Part shown: positions 29,496 to 41,684 of the stretch, piece by piece
Layout: each line of letters begins with the position of its first letter
Position numbering within the stretch: the stretch's first letter is position 1
Origin: Longimicrobiales bacterium
Lineage (GTDB): Bacteria > Gemmatimonadota > Gemmatimonadetes > Longimicrobiales > Gaopeijiaceae
DNA length: 64,000 bases
NCBI GenBank assembly: GCA_965248195.1
Contig: CBDFIQ010000002.1
Span: 2,240,001-2,304,000 of the forward strand
Direction of reading: 5' to 3'
Made by a program: the position numbers and the translations under genes
Notes under the pieces: generated by a model
The model's database searches: none
Told to the model about the DNA's origin: nothing
The model's input: the letters and a program-made list of their open reading frames with translations, nothing else

Positions 29496-30959
29496 ATGAC
29501 ACATCAGCCTGGACGTACTTCTTGTCTCTTGGGTAGACGGGCCAAAGGGATGGTCCTCGGGATCCTGGCCGTTCTTTGGGCGTGCGAAACGGAAACGGGG
29601 AGGGTTCTCGCGCGGGCGGCCGGCCATGAACTGACCGTGGATCAGATGGTGGAAATCCTCGCCAGGCAAAACACGGTACCAAATCAAGCCGACGTCGTGG
29701 ACGCGCTCGCAAATTTCTGGATCGACTATACACTCCTCGCGCTGAGGGCCCGGGAGGATCCCCTTTTTACGACACTCGATCTCGATCCTCTCCTCCGGCC
29801 GGAGCTCGAGCAGGAGATCATCGACGCGTACATGGACTCGGCCCTCCGAGCCGACACGGCTATCTCCGACCAGGATTTAAGAGCCATGTGGGAGGCCGAC
29901 CCTCCGGCCGACTCAGTCCGGGCGCAGCACATCCTTCTCGCCTTTCCCGGGCAGGCGACCCAGGCCCAGGTGGACAGCGTGGTCAACCTCGCGGAACTGC
30001 TCCGAGCGAGGGCGGCGGCGGGCGAGTCCTTCGAGGCTCTGGCCGGCCAGTACAGTGAGGACAGCGGCAGCGCGGTCCAAGGGGGCGACATCGGATTCTT
30101 CGGCCGAGGAATGCTGGTGCCGGCGTTTGAAGAGGCCGCATTCTCCTTGGCCGTGGGTGAAGTCGGCGGCCCGGTGTCGTCTTCGTTGGGGCTCCATGTC
30201 ATCAAGGTCACGGATCGGAAGGCAACGACTTTCGAGGCGGCACGCAGCACCTTCCGGGACTCGCTCGTTTTGCGGAGGTTACAGGAGGCCGACTCGATCC
30301 TCCTGGCCGAAATCGACGAAGAAGCTGAGATCGAGGTTGAGGCCGGGGCCGTCGATGTCCTGCGGGAACTCGCGATGAACCCAGGGATTCCGCTCAGCGG
30401 CAGGGCAGCGGACCGCCCGCTCGTGTCATATCGCGGGGGATCGTACTCGGTATCGGACGCACTGCTCCTGCTCACTACGCGGCAAGCCGACCTCCCGGGT
30501 CAGCTCGCGATAGCCACCGACGAGGCCCTGACGGCTCTCCTGAACCGCCTCGGGCAGGCGCAGGTCCTGCTCGCCCGAGCAGCCGACGCGGGGATCATTC
30601 CGACCGAGGAACACGTCGATTCCCTGGATTCTCTTGCGCGCCAGAGACTAAGAGAGGCGACCGACGAGCTCGGCCTTCGCAGGATCGCTCTCTTGGAGGA
30701 TGAGACCGCCGACGAAGCCTTGGACCGCCAAACCCTCCAGGTGCTCCGGGAGATCTCGGCAGGGACGCGTAACGTGATTCCGATGGCCTCGATCATGGTG
30801 ACGCTCCGCCAAGAGAACGACTGGAACGTTCTCGAGAGTGCGGTCGTAGCCACGGTCGAGCGCATCGACGATCTGAGGGGGTCCGTGCAGGAAACGCCGA
30901 CCCAACCGGCCGCCGTCCAACCCGGTGTACCGCCCGTCGTCGACTCCGTCCAGAACTGA
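29496..30959 (+). CDS. Parvulin-type peptidyl-prolyl isomerase (PrsA/PpiD-like, probable lipoprotein)
   Basis: VRAQHILL, FEALAGQYSED.GSAVQGGDIGFF, FEEAAFSL, GLHVIK; LWAC lipobox-like motif; start uncertain (29490-29549). Confidence 0.85.
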   Translation: MTHQPGRTSCLLGRRAKGMVLGILAVLWACETETGRVLARAAGHELTVDQMVEILARQNTVPNQADVVDALANFWIDYTLLALRAREDPLFTTLDLDPLLRPELEQEIIDAYMDSALRADTAISDQDLRAMWEADPPADSVRAQHILLAFPGQATQAQVDSVVNLAELLRARAAAGESFEALAGQYSEDSGSAVQGGDIGFFGRGMLVPAFEEAAFSLAVGEVGGPVSSSLGLHVIKVTDRKATTFEAARSTFRDSLVLRRLQEADSILLAEIDEEAEIEVEAGAVDVLRELAMNPGIPLSGRAADRPLVSYRGGSYSVSDALLLLTTRQADLPGQLAIATDEALTALLNRLGQAQVLLARAADAGIIPTEEHVDSLDSLARQRLREATDELGLRRIALLEDETADEALDRQTLQVLREISAGTRNVIPMASIMVTLRQENDWNVLESAVVATVERIDDLRGSVQETPTQPAAVQPGVPPVVDSVQN

Positions 30960-31015
30960 CGCTGGGCGCGGCGGTCGCCTCAGGAACACGTTTTCCTCCC
31001 TGGTTTAGAGAACGC

Positions 31016-32329
31016 ATGAAACTTTCATCCGGAATCTTCGCGCTCCTCGCGGCGGTCTCGTTCCTGATCCCCTCGCCGGTCGAGGGACAACAGCCCCCGC
31101 TGGGCATCAACTTGGTCGAGCGGGTGGTCGGGGTCGTCGGGGATTCGGTGATTTTGATGACGGAACTCGATGAATTTCTCCTAAGGATGGAGGCGAACGG
31201 GTGGACTCGCCCGACGGGAGCCGCCGAGCTCCTGGAGGCACGGCTAGAGATCCTGGACCAACTCATCAACCAGCAGCTGATCCTTCAGGAAGCGGCCAAA
31301 GACACGCTTCTCGAGATCGCCGAGGAGGAGTTGGAGGACCGCGTCCAGCAAGAGATCGACGGTCAGGTCCGCCAATTCGGTACTTTGGGCCGGCTTCAAC
31401 AAGCGCTGGCCGAGCAGAGTATGACGCTGGCCATTTACCGTGAGCAGCAGAAGAACACCATCCGACGCCAGTTGCTCCAGGAGCGGTATTTCGCCAAAAG
31501 CGGACAGGACGCGTCGGACATCGTCGTGACGGAGGAGGAGGCGCGGAAATATTTCGATGAGAATCAGGACCAGATTCCTGAGAGACCGCCGTCGATTCGC
31601 TTCGAGAATATCCAACTTCAACCTGAGGCGAGCGATTCCGCCAAGGCAGAGGCCCTTGCGGAAGCAGACAGCGTTCTGGCTCTTCTCCGGAACGGGGAAG
31701 ATTTCCCCGAGCTCGCGGCTCGCTTCTCGGACGGCCCTTCCGCCTCAGAGGGTGGAGAACTCGGGTGGATGCGCCAAGACGGAGGCCTCGTAGAGGCTTT
31801 CGAAGAAGTCGCCTTCGGGATGGCACCGGGAAGGGTAAGCGCTCCCGTTGAGACGGAATTCGGATACCATCTCATTATGGTGGAGCGGGTGCGGGGGGGG
31901 GAGCGTCGCATATCGCATATCTTGATTCAGCCGGAGATCACAGCGAGCGACGTCGAGGCAAACGATATCCGAGCGGAGTCGTTGGCTGCCCGGTTGAAGG
32001 CCGGGGAGACGATGGCGGATCTGGAACTGGAGCCCGACACGGTCGACTTGACGCTCCCGCAGATCGCCCAGAGGTCTCAGGCCCTTGCCGTGGAGATACA
32101 AAACGCCCAGGCGGGTGACCTGGTCGGGCCGGTCAGAGTGAACGACCCCCGGAGCGAAAACGACTGGACCCTCGCTCGGGTATTGGGGACCACGAGTGGA
32201 GGCCCCGCCGAGTTTCTTGAATTTCGGGACGTGATCGTGGAGCGTCTGCAAAGTCAGCGACACACCGAGAGGGTGGTGGAGGGGCTGCGAAGCCAAGCGC
32301 ACATCAACATTCGCCTCGGCGGAGGCTGA
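31016..32329 (+). CDS. surA: SurA-like periplasmic chaperone/PPIase
   Basis: Signal peptide, VERVVGVVGDSVIL SurA N-domain, rotamase domain (GGELGW..FGYHLI); precedes pdxA. Confidence 0.85.
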   Translation: MKLSSGIFALLAAVSFLIPSPVEGQQPPLGINLVERVVGVVGDSVILMTELDEFLLRMEANGWTRPTGAAELLEARLEILDQLINQQLILQEAAKDTLLEIAEEELEDRVQQEIDGQVRQFGTLGRLQQALAEQSMTLAIYREQQKNTIRRQLLQERYFAKSGQDASDIVVTEEEARKYFDENQDQIPERPPSIRFENIQLQPEASDSAKAEALAEADSVLALLRNGEDFPELAARFSDGPSASEGGELGWMRQDGGLVEAFEEVAFGMAPGRVSAPVETEFGYHLIMVERVRGGERRISHILIQPEITASDVEANDIRAESLAARLKAGETMADLELEPDTVDLTLPQIAQRSQALAVEIQNAQAGDLVGPVRVNDPRSENDWTLARVLGTTSGGPAEFLEFRDVIVERLQSQRHTERVVEGLRSQAHINIRLGGG

Positions 32330-32345
32330 CCTAGCGAGGCCGCGT

Positions 32346-33290
32346 ATGTCCACGCAATGCTTGGCCGTTACGCTGGGAGATCCTCGCGGAATCGGCCCTG
32401 AGGTAGTTGCCAAAGCCGTACGCAGTCTCAGGGACCAGGGCGACGAGCCGGAGTTCATCCTGGTGGGACCGGACGAGCTCGATCCGGGACTCGGTACCTA
32501 TGAAGGCGTAGGTCGATTCGACGGCTCCGAGCTTTCGGCAGGAATCCTTTCCGCCCGCGCTGTGGAGAGGGCCGTCCACCTTACCCTGGCGGGTACCGCA
32601 ACGGGAGTCGTCACGGGTCCGATCCATAAGCCAGCCCTCCGGGCTGCCGGCTACGTGGAGTCCGGCCATACGGAAATGCTCCAGCGCCTCACGGGCGTCT
32701 CCGATGTCGGGATGCTCATGGCCGCCGAGGAGACACATCTAGGAGCGCCTCTCCGGGTGCTCCTAGCCACGACGCACGTGCCGCTGCGCTGTGTGCCCGA
32801 CCTGTTGAGTGCCGATCTACTGGTTTCTCAGGCGATGCTGTTGAAGTCATCTCTTGAAGCCGACTGGAATCTCGCCCGTCCGCGAATCGCCCTCTGTGCG
32901 CTGAATCCACATGCCTCGGACGGTGGAATGTTTGGCGACGAAGAGGATCGTGTATTCCAACCAGCGGTGGAAGCCCTCCGGAGAGCGGGTGTCGAGGTGG
33001 AGGGGCCGATTCCCGCCGACACGGTGTTTAGTAGGACGCTCGGTGGGGAGTATGACGCGGTCATCGCCCCGTATCACGATGTGGGCATGGCTCCCTTCAA
33101 GACCGTCGCCTTTGGAACAGGGGTCAACGTGACCCTGGGACTGCCGTTCGTTCGGACGTCTCCGGATCACGGGACGGCATTCGATATTGTCGGTACAGGT
33201 AGGGCGGATCCGTCATCGATGCAGGCCGCGATCCGGATGGCAGCTCGGTTGGCCGTTGGGCGTTTTGACACGCTGGCCGCCCATATGTAG
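32346..33290 (+). CDS. pdxA: 4-hydroxythreonine-4-phosphate dehydrogenase
   Basis: TLGDPRGIGPE, GHTE, LNPHA, PADT, YHD, RTSPDHGTAFDI. Confidence 0.95.
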   Translation: MSTQCLAVTLGDPRGIGPEVVAKAVRSLRDQGDEPEFILVGPDELDPGLGTYEGVGRFDGSELSAGILSARAVERAVHLTLAGTATGVVTGPIHKPALRAAGYVESGHTEMLQRLTGVSDVGMLMAAEETHLGAPLRVLLATTHVPLRCVPDLLSADLLVSQAMLLKSSLEADWNLARPRIALCALNPHASDGGMFGDEEDRVFQPAVEALRRAGVEVEGPIPADTVFSRTLGGEYDAVIAPYHDVGMAPFKTVAFGTGVNVTLGLPFVRTSPDHGTAFDIVGTGRADPSSMQAAIRMAARLAVGRFDTLAAHM

Positions 33291-33293
33291 CTT
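33265..33293 (+). promoter_or_regulatory. Putative sigma70 promoter for ftsEX
   Basis: TTGACA-N17-TAGCTT at the end of pdxA. Confidence 0.55.
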
Positions 33294-33362
33294 TCCGCGT
33301 TCGACCCACCGTATGCTTGGAAGTCGGTGGGAAATATTAACTTACGAGGTTACGACCCCCAC

Positions 33363-34151
<789 letters not shown>

Positions 34152-34152
34152 C

Positions 34153-35010
34153 GTGCTTTATACAATTCGCGAAACCCTGATCGCCTTCGAGCGAGCCCCC
34201 CTTCTCACCGGGCTCTCTGCCGCAATGGTCGGACTCGCGCTCTTCGTCGTGGGGCTCTTTGGACTTGCCACGCATAACGTCCGACTCTACTTGGAGACGC
34301 TGGAGGAACGGGTCGAGGTGGTCGCCTACCTCCGGGACGACGCGACGACCGCGGACATCGCCGTAATGGAATCGGCACTCACGATGCTCCCGGAAGTACT
34401 CGCCGTGGACTTCGTGACCAAGGCCGAGGCGCTCGAGAAGGCGTATCGAGAACTGCCCGAGTTCAATGAGATTCTCACGGACCTCGAGGTAAATCCGCTC
34501 CCAGCATCCCTCGATATCCAGCTTCGTCCGGGAAGTCGAAACCCCGCAACGGCGGATCGAATTGCACAACAAGCTGCCCTCCACCCCATAGTGGAAGAGG
34601 TGCAGTACGGCGAGGAATGGGTCGAAAAGTTATTTACCCTGCGGCGGATGGGCGCGGTAACGACCACGGTGTTGGGCACGGCGTTCGCGGTGGTGGCCGC
34701 GCTGATCATTGGCACAGCCGTGCGAATCGCGATCTTCGCGCGGCGAGAAGAAATCAAGATCATGCAATTGGTCGGTGCCCGCGACAGCTTTATCCACCGT
34801 CCCTTTCTGGTCGAAGGTGGCATCACCGGGGCGCTCGGGGGCGCTCTTGCCGTCGTGCTCACTTACGCCACGTTCTGGTCGGTCTTTAACTACCTCTTCA
34901 CCATCTCGTGGATTCCGTGGGAATGGGCCGGCATCGGTATCTCGAGCGGAATCGTGTTCGGAGTGCTCGCCAGCGGATATGCGGTCCGCAAGCACCTCCG
35001 CGAGGTGTAG
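34153..35010 (+). CDS. ftsX: Cell division permease FtsX
   Basis: 4-TM pattern, NPLPASL, ARREEIKIMQLVGA..FIHRPFLVEG. Confidence 0.93.
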   Translation: MLYTIRETLIAFERAPLLTGLSAAMVGLALFVVGLFGLATHNVRLYLETLEERVEVVAYLRDDATTADIAVMESALTMLPEVLAVDFVTKAEALEKAYRELPEFNEILTDLEVNPLPASLDIQLRPGSRNPATADRIAQQAALHPIVEEVQYGEEWVEKLFTLRRMGAVTTTVLGTAFAVVAALIIGTAVRIAIFARREEIKIMQLVGARDSFIHRPFLVEGGITGALGGALAVVLTYATFWSVFNYLFTISWIPWEWAGIGISSGIVFGVLASGYAVRKHLREV

Positions 35011-35011
35011 G

Positions 35012-36229
35012 GTGCGGGCCTTCTACATCCCAGTCGGGTTGGCAACGGCTCTTGCCATCCCGACGCTCGTGGCGGCTCCGCTGGCCGGCCAGCTGGTCGA
35101 GATTCGACGGGAAATCATCGATAGCCAGCGCCGGCTCGAGGAGGTGCGCGAGGAACGAAGCCGCCTGCAGCAGCAGTTGACGAACCTCGATGGCCGGGCG
35201 CGAGACGCAGCGAGCGAACTCGCGATCGTCGAACGGCAAGTCAGTGCGTCTCGGTCCGCGGTCGCAGAGGTCGATTTTCAGGTAGACGCCGTCGCCAGTG
35301 AAATAGAGGGCACCTCCCGTAATCTTCTTCGCACGCGCGAACGCCTCCAAACTTCAAAAGCCGTTCTGCAGCGTCGCATCCGGGATATTTACAAACGGGG
35401 GGAACTCCATCCCGTGCGGGTCATGCTAGGGGCCGGTTCCTTTTCCGATCTCCTGACACGCTACCGGTACTTGCGTCTCATCGCTTCGTACGATCGCACT
35501 CTGGTACGGCGCGTGGGAGAGCTCGAAACGGATCTGGAACAACAGAACGACGATCTCCAGATCAGTATGGTGAGCTTGGGTCGCCTGCGGCAGTCCAGAC
35601 TCAGCGAGGTAGCCGCTCTGCGCTCGGTGGAAGAGAGACATCGCCGGGCGCTCGTTAGCTATCGTGCTCAGGAGGAGATGGCCTCCAACCGGCTGGAGGA
35701 AATCGACCGCGATGAGACTCGCATCAGCGCCCTTCTCACAAACCTCGAGGCAAGACGCGTGGAAATCGAGCGAAGCGCCGCCAGACGGGGAGCCCCGAGC
35801 ACGCTCTTGACTGCGGACATAGGAACGATGAATTGGCCGGTGGACGGCGAGTTGATCTATCGATTCGGGCGGGAGGAGAGACCGAACGGCACGGTATTGC
35901 GGTGGAACGGAATCGGGATCGGAGCCCCCGCCGGAACTCCCATTCAGGCCGTGGAGGCCGGTACGGTCGTTCTGGCAGGCCCGTTCGAAGGTTACGGCCT
36001 GACGGTGGTGCTGAGCCACGGAGGCGGTTTCTATACGTTGTATCTCTACCTCGAAGAGATCGGTGTTAACCAAGGTCGAGAGGTGGCCGTCGGCCAGGTC
36101 GTGGGCACCGTGGGAGGAGCTGACACGCCGGAGGGGCCCCACATGGAGTTTCAGATCCGAGCTCCCATCGACGGCGGAGCCCCCCGAGCGCAGGACCCGC
36201 TCGCGTGGCTTCGGGCACGGGGAGGATGA
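35012..36229 (+). CDS. envC: EnvC-like murein hydrolase activator (coiled coil plus degenerate M23)
   Basis: Signal peptide, long coiled coil, WPVDG..WNGIGI (degenerate M23 metal site); follows ftsEX. Confidence 0.85.
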   Translation: MRAFYIPVGLATALAIPTLVAAPLAGQLVEIRREIIDSQRRLEEVREERSRLQQQLTNLDGRARDAASELAIVERQVSASRSAVAEVDFQVDAVASEIEGTSRNLLRTRERLQTSKAVLQRRIRDIYKRGELHPVRVMLGAGSFSDLLTRYRYLRLIASYDRTLVRRVGELETDLEQQNDDLQISMVSLGRLRQSRLSEVAALRSVEERHRRALVSYRAQEEMASNRLEEIDRDETRISALLTNLEARRVEIERSAARRGAPSTLLTADIGTMNWPVDGELIYRFGREERPNGTVLRWNGIGIGAPAGTPIQAVEAGTVVLAGPFEGYGLTVVLSHGGGFYTLYLYLEEIGVNQGREVAVGQVVGTVGGADTPEGPHMEFQIRAPIDGGAPRAQDPLAWLRARGG

Positions 36230-37374
36230 GCCTGCACCCTCTTTTTGGCCACGCTGATCTGCAAGCGTCCCTGTCACGGGCCTGGGCCACCGAGTCCCTT
36301 CCCTCGAGCCTGCTCATCCACGGTCCCCGTGGCGTAGGGAAACAGACACTCGCCCTCTGGCTCGGACAGCTCCTGCTCTGCCCCGAATCCGGGCCCGCCG
36401 GCCCTTGCGGCGACTGCAAGGGGTGCCGAATGGCGCTGAATCTCGAGCATCCCGACCTCCACTGGTACTTCCCGCTCCCGAAGCCGAAGAGGGTTCGGCC
36501 GGCGAAGCTTGCGGAGGCCATGGAAGAAGCTCGGTACGAGGCCCTGACGGAGCGCAGGGAGCACCCGCTCCCCCCCGCTTCCGCAGCGACCGAACCCACG
36601 GGGCTCTACCTGGTTGTGGCCCAGACTCTACGGTCCCACGCACACCGCCGGCCGGCCTTGGGACCCCGGCAGGTGTTCGTGATTGGAGAAGCCGAGACGC
36701 TCGTGCCTCAAGAGTCGAGTCAGGAAGCCGCCAATGCACTCCTGAAGCTCCTGGAGGAGCCCCCAGCGAGTACGTACCTCATCCTGACTTCGAGTGAACC
36801 GGGCCGGCTCCTCCCCACCATTTGCTCTCGAACGATGCCGCTCCACCTACCCGCGCTGTCGCCGGACAGTGTCGAGGAGTTTCTGGTCGAGGTCGGCGAA
36901 GTTTCTTGGGATGACGCTCGTCGAGCTGCGCACCTCGGCCGGGGTTCGATCGGTAGGGCTCTCGGTTTTCTGGCGAATGAGGGGGAGCCGGGTCATTTGG
37001 AAGTGCTACGAGCGCAGGCATTCGAGCTTCTCACCGCAGCATCGGATACCGACGCGGGAGCGGTTTATCGTAAGTCGCTGGAGCTCGGCGCGACACGCAG
37101 CCGTGGCCTGATGCCTCTGTTCGAACTCCTGGAGGACGCGCTGCGCGATCTCTCCGCGACAGCGGCGAGGAGCTCTGAAGGCCTCATCAATACTGATCGG
37201 GAAGAGCTTCTGGAACGGATTCGAAGGGAGCGGGATATCCATCCCGTGACGGTCACGAGGGCATTTCGACATTTGGAAGAGGCCAAGGAACTGGTGGCCG
37301 GTAACGTGAACCCGCAGCTCGTCGTGGCCGGACTCCTGACCGGCATCCGGGAGGAGCTCCTTGGCAACCCCTGA
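36226..37374 (+). CDS. holB: DNA polymerase III delta-prime subunit
   Basis: GPRGVGK, Cys4 zinc module, [25 protein letters not shown]. Confidence 0.9.
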   Translation: MSLHPLFGHADLQASLSRAWATESLPSSLLIHGPRGVGKQTLALWLGQLLLCPESGPAGPCGDCKGCRMALNLEHPDLHWYFPLPKPKRVRPAKLAEAMEEARYEALTERREHPLPPASAATEPTGLYLVVAQTLRSHAHRRPALGPRQVFVIGEAETLVPQESSQEAANALLKLLEEPPASTYLILTSSEPGRLLPTICSRTMPLHLPALSPDSVEEFLVEVGEVSWDDARRAAHLGRGSIGRALGFLANEGEPGHLEVLRAQAFELLTAASDTDAGAVYRKSLELGATRSRGLMPLFELLEDALRDLSATAARSSEGLINTDREELLERIRRERDIHPVTVTRAFRHLEEAKELVAGNVNPQLVVAGLLTGIREELLGNP

Positions 37375-37867
37375 AGACCGTGACTCGAGGGATCCAGGCC
37401 TGACGCACATCGACGCGGAGGGAAACCCGCGCATGGTGGATGTGTCGGGTAAGGCCGCCTCGGACCGCATCGCGGTGGCCGAGGGCCGCATTCGTATGTC
37501 GGCGGAAACCTTGGCCACCATTCGCGGGGGAAAGGTCCACAAGGGGGATGTCCTTCAGGTCGCCCGTCTAGCCGGAATCATGGCCGGAAAGCGAACGGCC
37601 GACCTGATCCCCCTCTGCCACATGCTCCCTGGTGCCTCCATCGCCGTCGACCTAGACTTGGATGAGACCCTCCCGGGGATCGTCCTACGGGCGGAGGCTC
37701 GGATCGCCGGTCAGACGGGAGTCGAGATGGAGGCCCTCACCGCCGTCTCAGTAGGGCTCCTCACCGTGTACGACATGGCAAAATCCCTCGATCGCGGAAT
37801 GGTGATCGAGGGTGTTCGTCTGCTCCGTAAAGACGGCGGAAAGTCGGGCACATGGTCTGTGGACTGA
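37361..37867 (+). CDS. moaC: Cyclic pyranopterin monophosphate synthase
   Basis: [35 protein letters not shown]. Confidence 0.96.
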   Translation: MATPEDRDSRDPGLTHIDAEGNPRMVDVSGKAASDRIAVAEGRIRMSAETLATIRGGKVHKGDVLQVARLAGIMAGKRTADLIPLCHMLPGASIAVDLDLDETLPGIVLRAEARIAGQTGVEMEALTAVSVGLLTVYDMAKSLDRGMVIEGVRLLRKDGGKSGTWSVD

Positions 37868-37911
37868 ATCGCCCCTGGCAGCCCCGTCATCCTTTTCTCT
37901 GGAGAATTTTT

Positions 37912-39477
37912 GTGAGACTCAAGATCCTGGTCCTATCGACCGTCGGTTTCAGCGCTTGCTCAGGTGGTTCTGGGGCTCCCGGACCTACTCCCTCTCCGGT
38001 CTCGGGCGGGATTGATTATGAGGGTGCAGCGGTTCGGGCGGCGGCCACGATCCTCCCAGACGATGTCCGACGTCATATCACGTTTCTGGCAAGCGACGAC
38101 CTGGCAGGAAGGGACACACCGAGTCCCGGGCTCGAGACCGCCGCCTCGTACTTGGTCGATTTTCTGGAACAGGCAGGGCTCGAACCCGCGGGAGAAAACG
38201 GGACGTTCATTCAGCGCTTTCCTTACACGCGAACTGCGATGGTCACCGCATCCCGACAGGTAAATTACCGGGTGGCGGGCTCGACCCGGGAACTTCAATA
38301 CGCGCGCGAATATTACGTGATCCCGGGGCAATCGTCGGCGGCGAATGCCGAAGTCGTCTTCGCCGGGCCGGCCGGGCGGCCCTCGCCCGATTTGGCCCGG
38401 CAAGCCAGCGGAAAGGTCGTGCTCTTCACGACCGCGGGTAACCCGGTCATAGGGACGGGTGAGGCGTTGCTCAACGCTTTTCAGGCCGCGGCTCGAGGGC
38501 GAGCCGCCGCAGTAGTTCTCCTCCTCGACGCGACCCAAGATCCCGACAGCATCCTGGACATGGCCAGCGGGCTTCAGGGAGCGGGATTGGCCACCCCCAT
38601 CCCGATCGTCGGCTTGTCCTCCGAGGCCGGTGCCATCCTCTTCGCGGAGGCCGGGCTCGATCAGGAAGCGCTCAGGGAGTCGCCACCGCGGAACACAATA
38701 ACCCTCGACGGCATCACGATGAACGTCTCGGCCCCCTTCCAGGTCTCGGAGCACACGCCGCCCAACGTGGTGGGTATGGTACGCGGGAGTGATCCGGAGT
38801 TGTGGAACGAGTACATCGTTTACTCAGCGCATTTCGACCATGTCGGAGTCGGGATCCCCGACGCGTCCGGAGATTCGATCTACAACGGGGCGGACGACGA
38901 TGCATCAGGGACCGCGGTCCTGTTGGAAACCGCGGCCGCGTTCGCCTCGCTCGACGTTCCCCCGGCGAGATCGGTCATCTTCTTGGCCGTGAGCGGCGAG
39001 GAGAAAGGGCTCCTGGGCTCAAAACATTTCTCGGAAAACCCGACCGTCCCCATCGAAGCGATCGTCCTGAACATCAACCTGGACATGGTGGGACGAAACC
39101 ACCCCGACACGGTGATCGGCGTGGGCCGGCAGTACACGAACCTCGGACCACTCACCGATCGCGTTCTCCGAGAGCATCCGGACCTCGGGTTCGTGGTGAT
39201 CGAAGATCCGAAGCCGGAGGAGCAGGCGTTCTTCCGGAGTGACCATCTCCACTTCGTGAATAAAGACATTCCGGCGATTTTCTTCACGACGTGGGATCAT
39301 GAGGATTATCACAAGCCGTCCGATGAGGTCGAGCTCATCGATATGGAGAAGGCGGCGCGAGTGGGCCGCATGGTATTCCACGTGGGCGCGCTGGTCGCAG
39401 GGGGAACCGTGGACGCTGAATGGACGGAGGGCGGCCTGGCAGAAGTCCGCCAGATCATCGCCGACAACGGGAACTGA
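37912..39477 (+). CDS. M28 family aminopeptidase with PA domain (probable lipoprotein)
   Basis: SAHFDH, NGADDDASG, GEEKGLLGS, NLDMVGR, SDH, YHKPSD; FSAC lipobox-like motif. Confidence 0.9.
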   Translation: MRLKILVLSTVGFSACSGGSGAPGPTPSPVSGGIDYEGAAVRAAATILPDDVRRHITFLASDDLAGRDTPSPGLETAASYLVDFLEQAGLEPAGENGTFIQRFPYTRTAMVTASRQVNYRVAGSTRELQYAREYYVIPGQSSAANAEVVFAGPAGRPSPDLARQASGKVVLFTTAGNPVIGTGEALLNAFQAAARGRAAAVVLLLDATQDPDSILDMASGLQGAGLATPIPIVGLSSEAGAILFAEAGLDQEALRESPPRNTITLDGITMNVSAPFQVSEHTPPNVVGMVRGSDPELWNEYIVYSAHFDHVGVGIPDASGDSIYNGADDDASGTAVLLETAAAFASLDVPPARSVIFLAVSGEEKGLLGSKHFSENPTVPIEAIVLNINLDMVGRNHPDTVIGVGRQYTNLGPLTDRVLREHPDLGFVVIEDPKPEEQAFFRSDHLHFVNKDIPAIFFTTWDHEDYHKPSDEVELIDMEKAARVGRMVFHVGALVAGGTVDAEWTEGGLAEVRQIIADNGN

Positions 39478-39492
39478 GCGGAGGCCCTTGGA

Positions 39493-39513
39493 GGCCCGCC
39501 TCTTCGGCGGGCC
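39493..39513. terminator. Hairpin between the convergent M28 and guaB genes
   Basis: GGCCCGCC-tcttc-GGCGGGCC perfect 8-bp stem; no U-tract. Confidence 0.45.
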
Positions 39514-39516
39514 GTC

Positions 39517-40974
39517 CTACATGTGGTAGTTGGGCGCCTCACGAGTGATCGTGACGTCGTGCGGATGCGATTCCCGAAGGCCGCCTGATGTGATCCGCAC
39601 GAACCTCGCCTTCCCCCGAAGCTCCTCCAAGTCGGCTGCCCCACAGTACCCCATACCACTCTGAAGGCCACCGACGAGTTGGAAGACCGTGTCGGCCATC
39701 GGCCCTTTGTAGGGAACCCGAGCTTCGATTCCCTCCGGAACCAACTTTCGCAACTCCGCCGCGGGATCCTGAAAATAACGGTCGGCAGAACCCTCCTGCA
39801 TGGCCGAAAGGGACCCCATCCCACGCACCGTCTTGAAACGACGCCCTTCCATGAGGAAGCTCTCTCCGGGTGACTCCTCAGTTCCAGCGAACATCGATCC
39901 CATCATGACCGATTGGGCACCAGCGGCGAGCGCCTTCACCATGTCCCCCGAGTACCGGATTCCCCCATCGGCGATGACGGGAACCTGACCCTGCACACCC
40001 TCCACGGCGTCGATGATGGCCGATAACTGGGGGAGCCCGACCCCCGTAACGACCCGAGTCGTGCAGATCGAACCGGGCCCCACACCCACCTTGATCGCAT
40101 CGGCGCCTCGCTCCATGAGAGCCGCGGCTCCGTCCTTCGTACCGACGTTACCCGCAACGATCTGTGCTTCGGGGTAGGCCTTCCGCGTACGAGCCACTGC
40201 CTCGAGTACGCCCTCCGAGTGACCATGTGCGGTGTCCATGACGAGCACGTCCACACCGGCGTCCATGAGCGCAGCGACTCGGTCGAGCGAATCCTTCGAG
40301 GCGCCGATCGCCGCCCCCACGCGCAGCCTCCCATGCTCATCCTTACACGCTCGGGGAAAGAGCCGCCGTTTGAAGATGTCCTTGACCGTGATCAAGCCCT
40401 GCAGCATCCCGCCTTCGTCCACCACGGGGAGCTTTTCGATCCGGTGCTCATGAAGGATCCTCTCGGCGGCCTCCAGCGTCGTGCCCTCCGGAGCCGTAAC
40501 CAGGCTATCGGAGGTCATCACTTCGCGGATCGTACGATCCAATTGGGTCTCGAACTGAAGGTCCCGGTTAGTGACGATCCCTACCAGACGTCCGTCGCTT
40601 TCAACGATCGGGACGCCGGAGATGGAAAACCGAGCCATGAGCTCGTGTGCATCACGTAGCGTCTTCTCCGGCGACAACGTGATGGGATCCAGAATCATGC
40701 CACTCTCGGAGCGTTTGACCCGGTCCACCTCCTCCGCCTGAGTCTTGATGGAAAGGTTCTTGTGAATGACGCCGAGCCCGCCTTGCCGTGCGATCGCAAT
40801 GGCCATTCCGGACTCAGTGACCGTATCCATCGCGGCCGTGAGGAGAGGAATTTGTAGTTCGATCTCGGCCGTGAGGGAGGAAGAGACGACCGTATCCTTC
40901 GGATGGACGGTCGAATGCCCCGGCACGAGAAGTACATCGTCGAACGTGAGAGATTCGCCGAGAATCACGGTCAT
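39517..40974 (-). CDS. guaB: Inosine-5'-monophosphate dehydrogenase
   Basis: [14 protein letters not shown], two CBS domains, [28 protein letters not shown]. Confidence 0.97.
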   Translation of the reverse strand: MTVILGESLTFDDVLLVPGHSTVHPKDTVVSSSLTAEIELQIPLLTAAMDTVTESGMAIAIARQGGLGVIHKNLSIKTQAEEVDRVKRSESGMILDPITLSPEKTLRDAHELMARFSISGVPIVESDGRLVGIVTNRDLQFETQLDRTIREVMTSDSLVTAPEGTTLEAAERILHEHRIEKLPVVDEGGMLQGLITVKDIFKRRLFPRACKDEHGRLRVGAAIGASKDSLDRVAALMDAGVDVLVMDTAHGHSEGVLEAVARTRKAYPEAQIVAGNVGTKDGAAALMERGADAIKVGVGPGSICTTRVVTGVGLPQLSAIIDAVEGVQGQVPVIADGGIRYSGDMVKALAAGAQSVMMGSMFAGTEESPGESFLMEGRRFKTVRGMGSLSAMQEGSADRYFQDPAAELRKLVPEGIEARVPYKGPMADTVFQLVGGLQSGMGYCGAADLEELRGKARFVRITSGGLRESHPHDVTITREAPNYHM

Positions 40975-41070
40975 GAAGTTATGCCATCCCCCATATACGA
41001 GGCGCCCGCCCACCCAGAATCTCCTCTCGAGACCCTCGATGAACAGGCGCGTTTGGGACTACCATGGACG

Positions 41071-41100
41071 ATCTTACCGAGGCCCGTCTCGCAGTGTCAA
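41071..41100 (-). promoter_or_regulatory. Putative sigma70 promoter for guaB
   Basis: Minus strand TTGACA-N18-TAAGAT. Confidence 0.6.
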
Positions 41101-41168
41101 CCCTCGGGGCCGCTCGTCCATTCTGCCCCGGGGCCTTTGTAACTTTCTAAGGCTCCCCCGGCGGAAGC

Positions 41169-41558
41169 CTAGTCCGTGGTAGGCGGGTCCTCAGACCGGG
41201 GTTCATGGTCGGTGCCAGGCTCCTCCACCGGGCCGCGATCATCGTCTACAAGGCCCTCTTCAGCGCCGGGCGCGAGCTCTTCCATGAGCTTTTTCCCGGC
41301 GGACGAGACGTTGGAGAGAACCCGATCCGCGGCGGAAATCAGTTGAAAGGCTTCGCGAAGCGTCGCCGGGCTCATCGCTTTTTTTCTCAGCTTGTCCTCC
41401 ATCGCTTCGGCGAAACGCTGGAGTCCGGACGTCTCTTCCACCACGTCCGTCCCATACTTGCTCTCCAGAAACTCGATATAATCCAGGATCTGGTAGACCT
41501 GCTCCTCGGGCAGGCTCTCGATCTTTCGCATGAGACGCTGGCGAAGTATGTCGTGCAT
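41169..41558 (-). CDS. Hypothetical protein with a DUF2281-like N-terminus
   Basis: LMRKIESLPEEQVYQILDYIEFLESKY pattern; acidic tail. Confidence 0.65.
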   Translation of the reverse strand: MHDILRQRLMRKIESLPEEQVYQILDYIEFLESKYGTDVVEETSGLQRFAEAMEDKLRKKAMSPATLREAFQLISAADRVLSNVSSAGKKLMEELAPGAEEGLVDDDRGPVEEPGTDHEPRSEDPPTTD

Positions 41559-41684
41559 GAACGCAGATCCGGATCGGGTGTGGGCTCCGTGCGAATGCCA
41601 ACCGCAAGTTAACACCGCCCGGCGTGTAATGGCGACGGCTTGCCCGGTCGTACAAAGCACCTAACGTTCGCTGTCATCTGGGGC

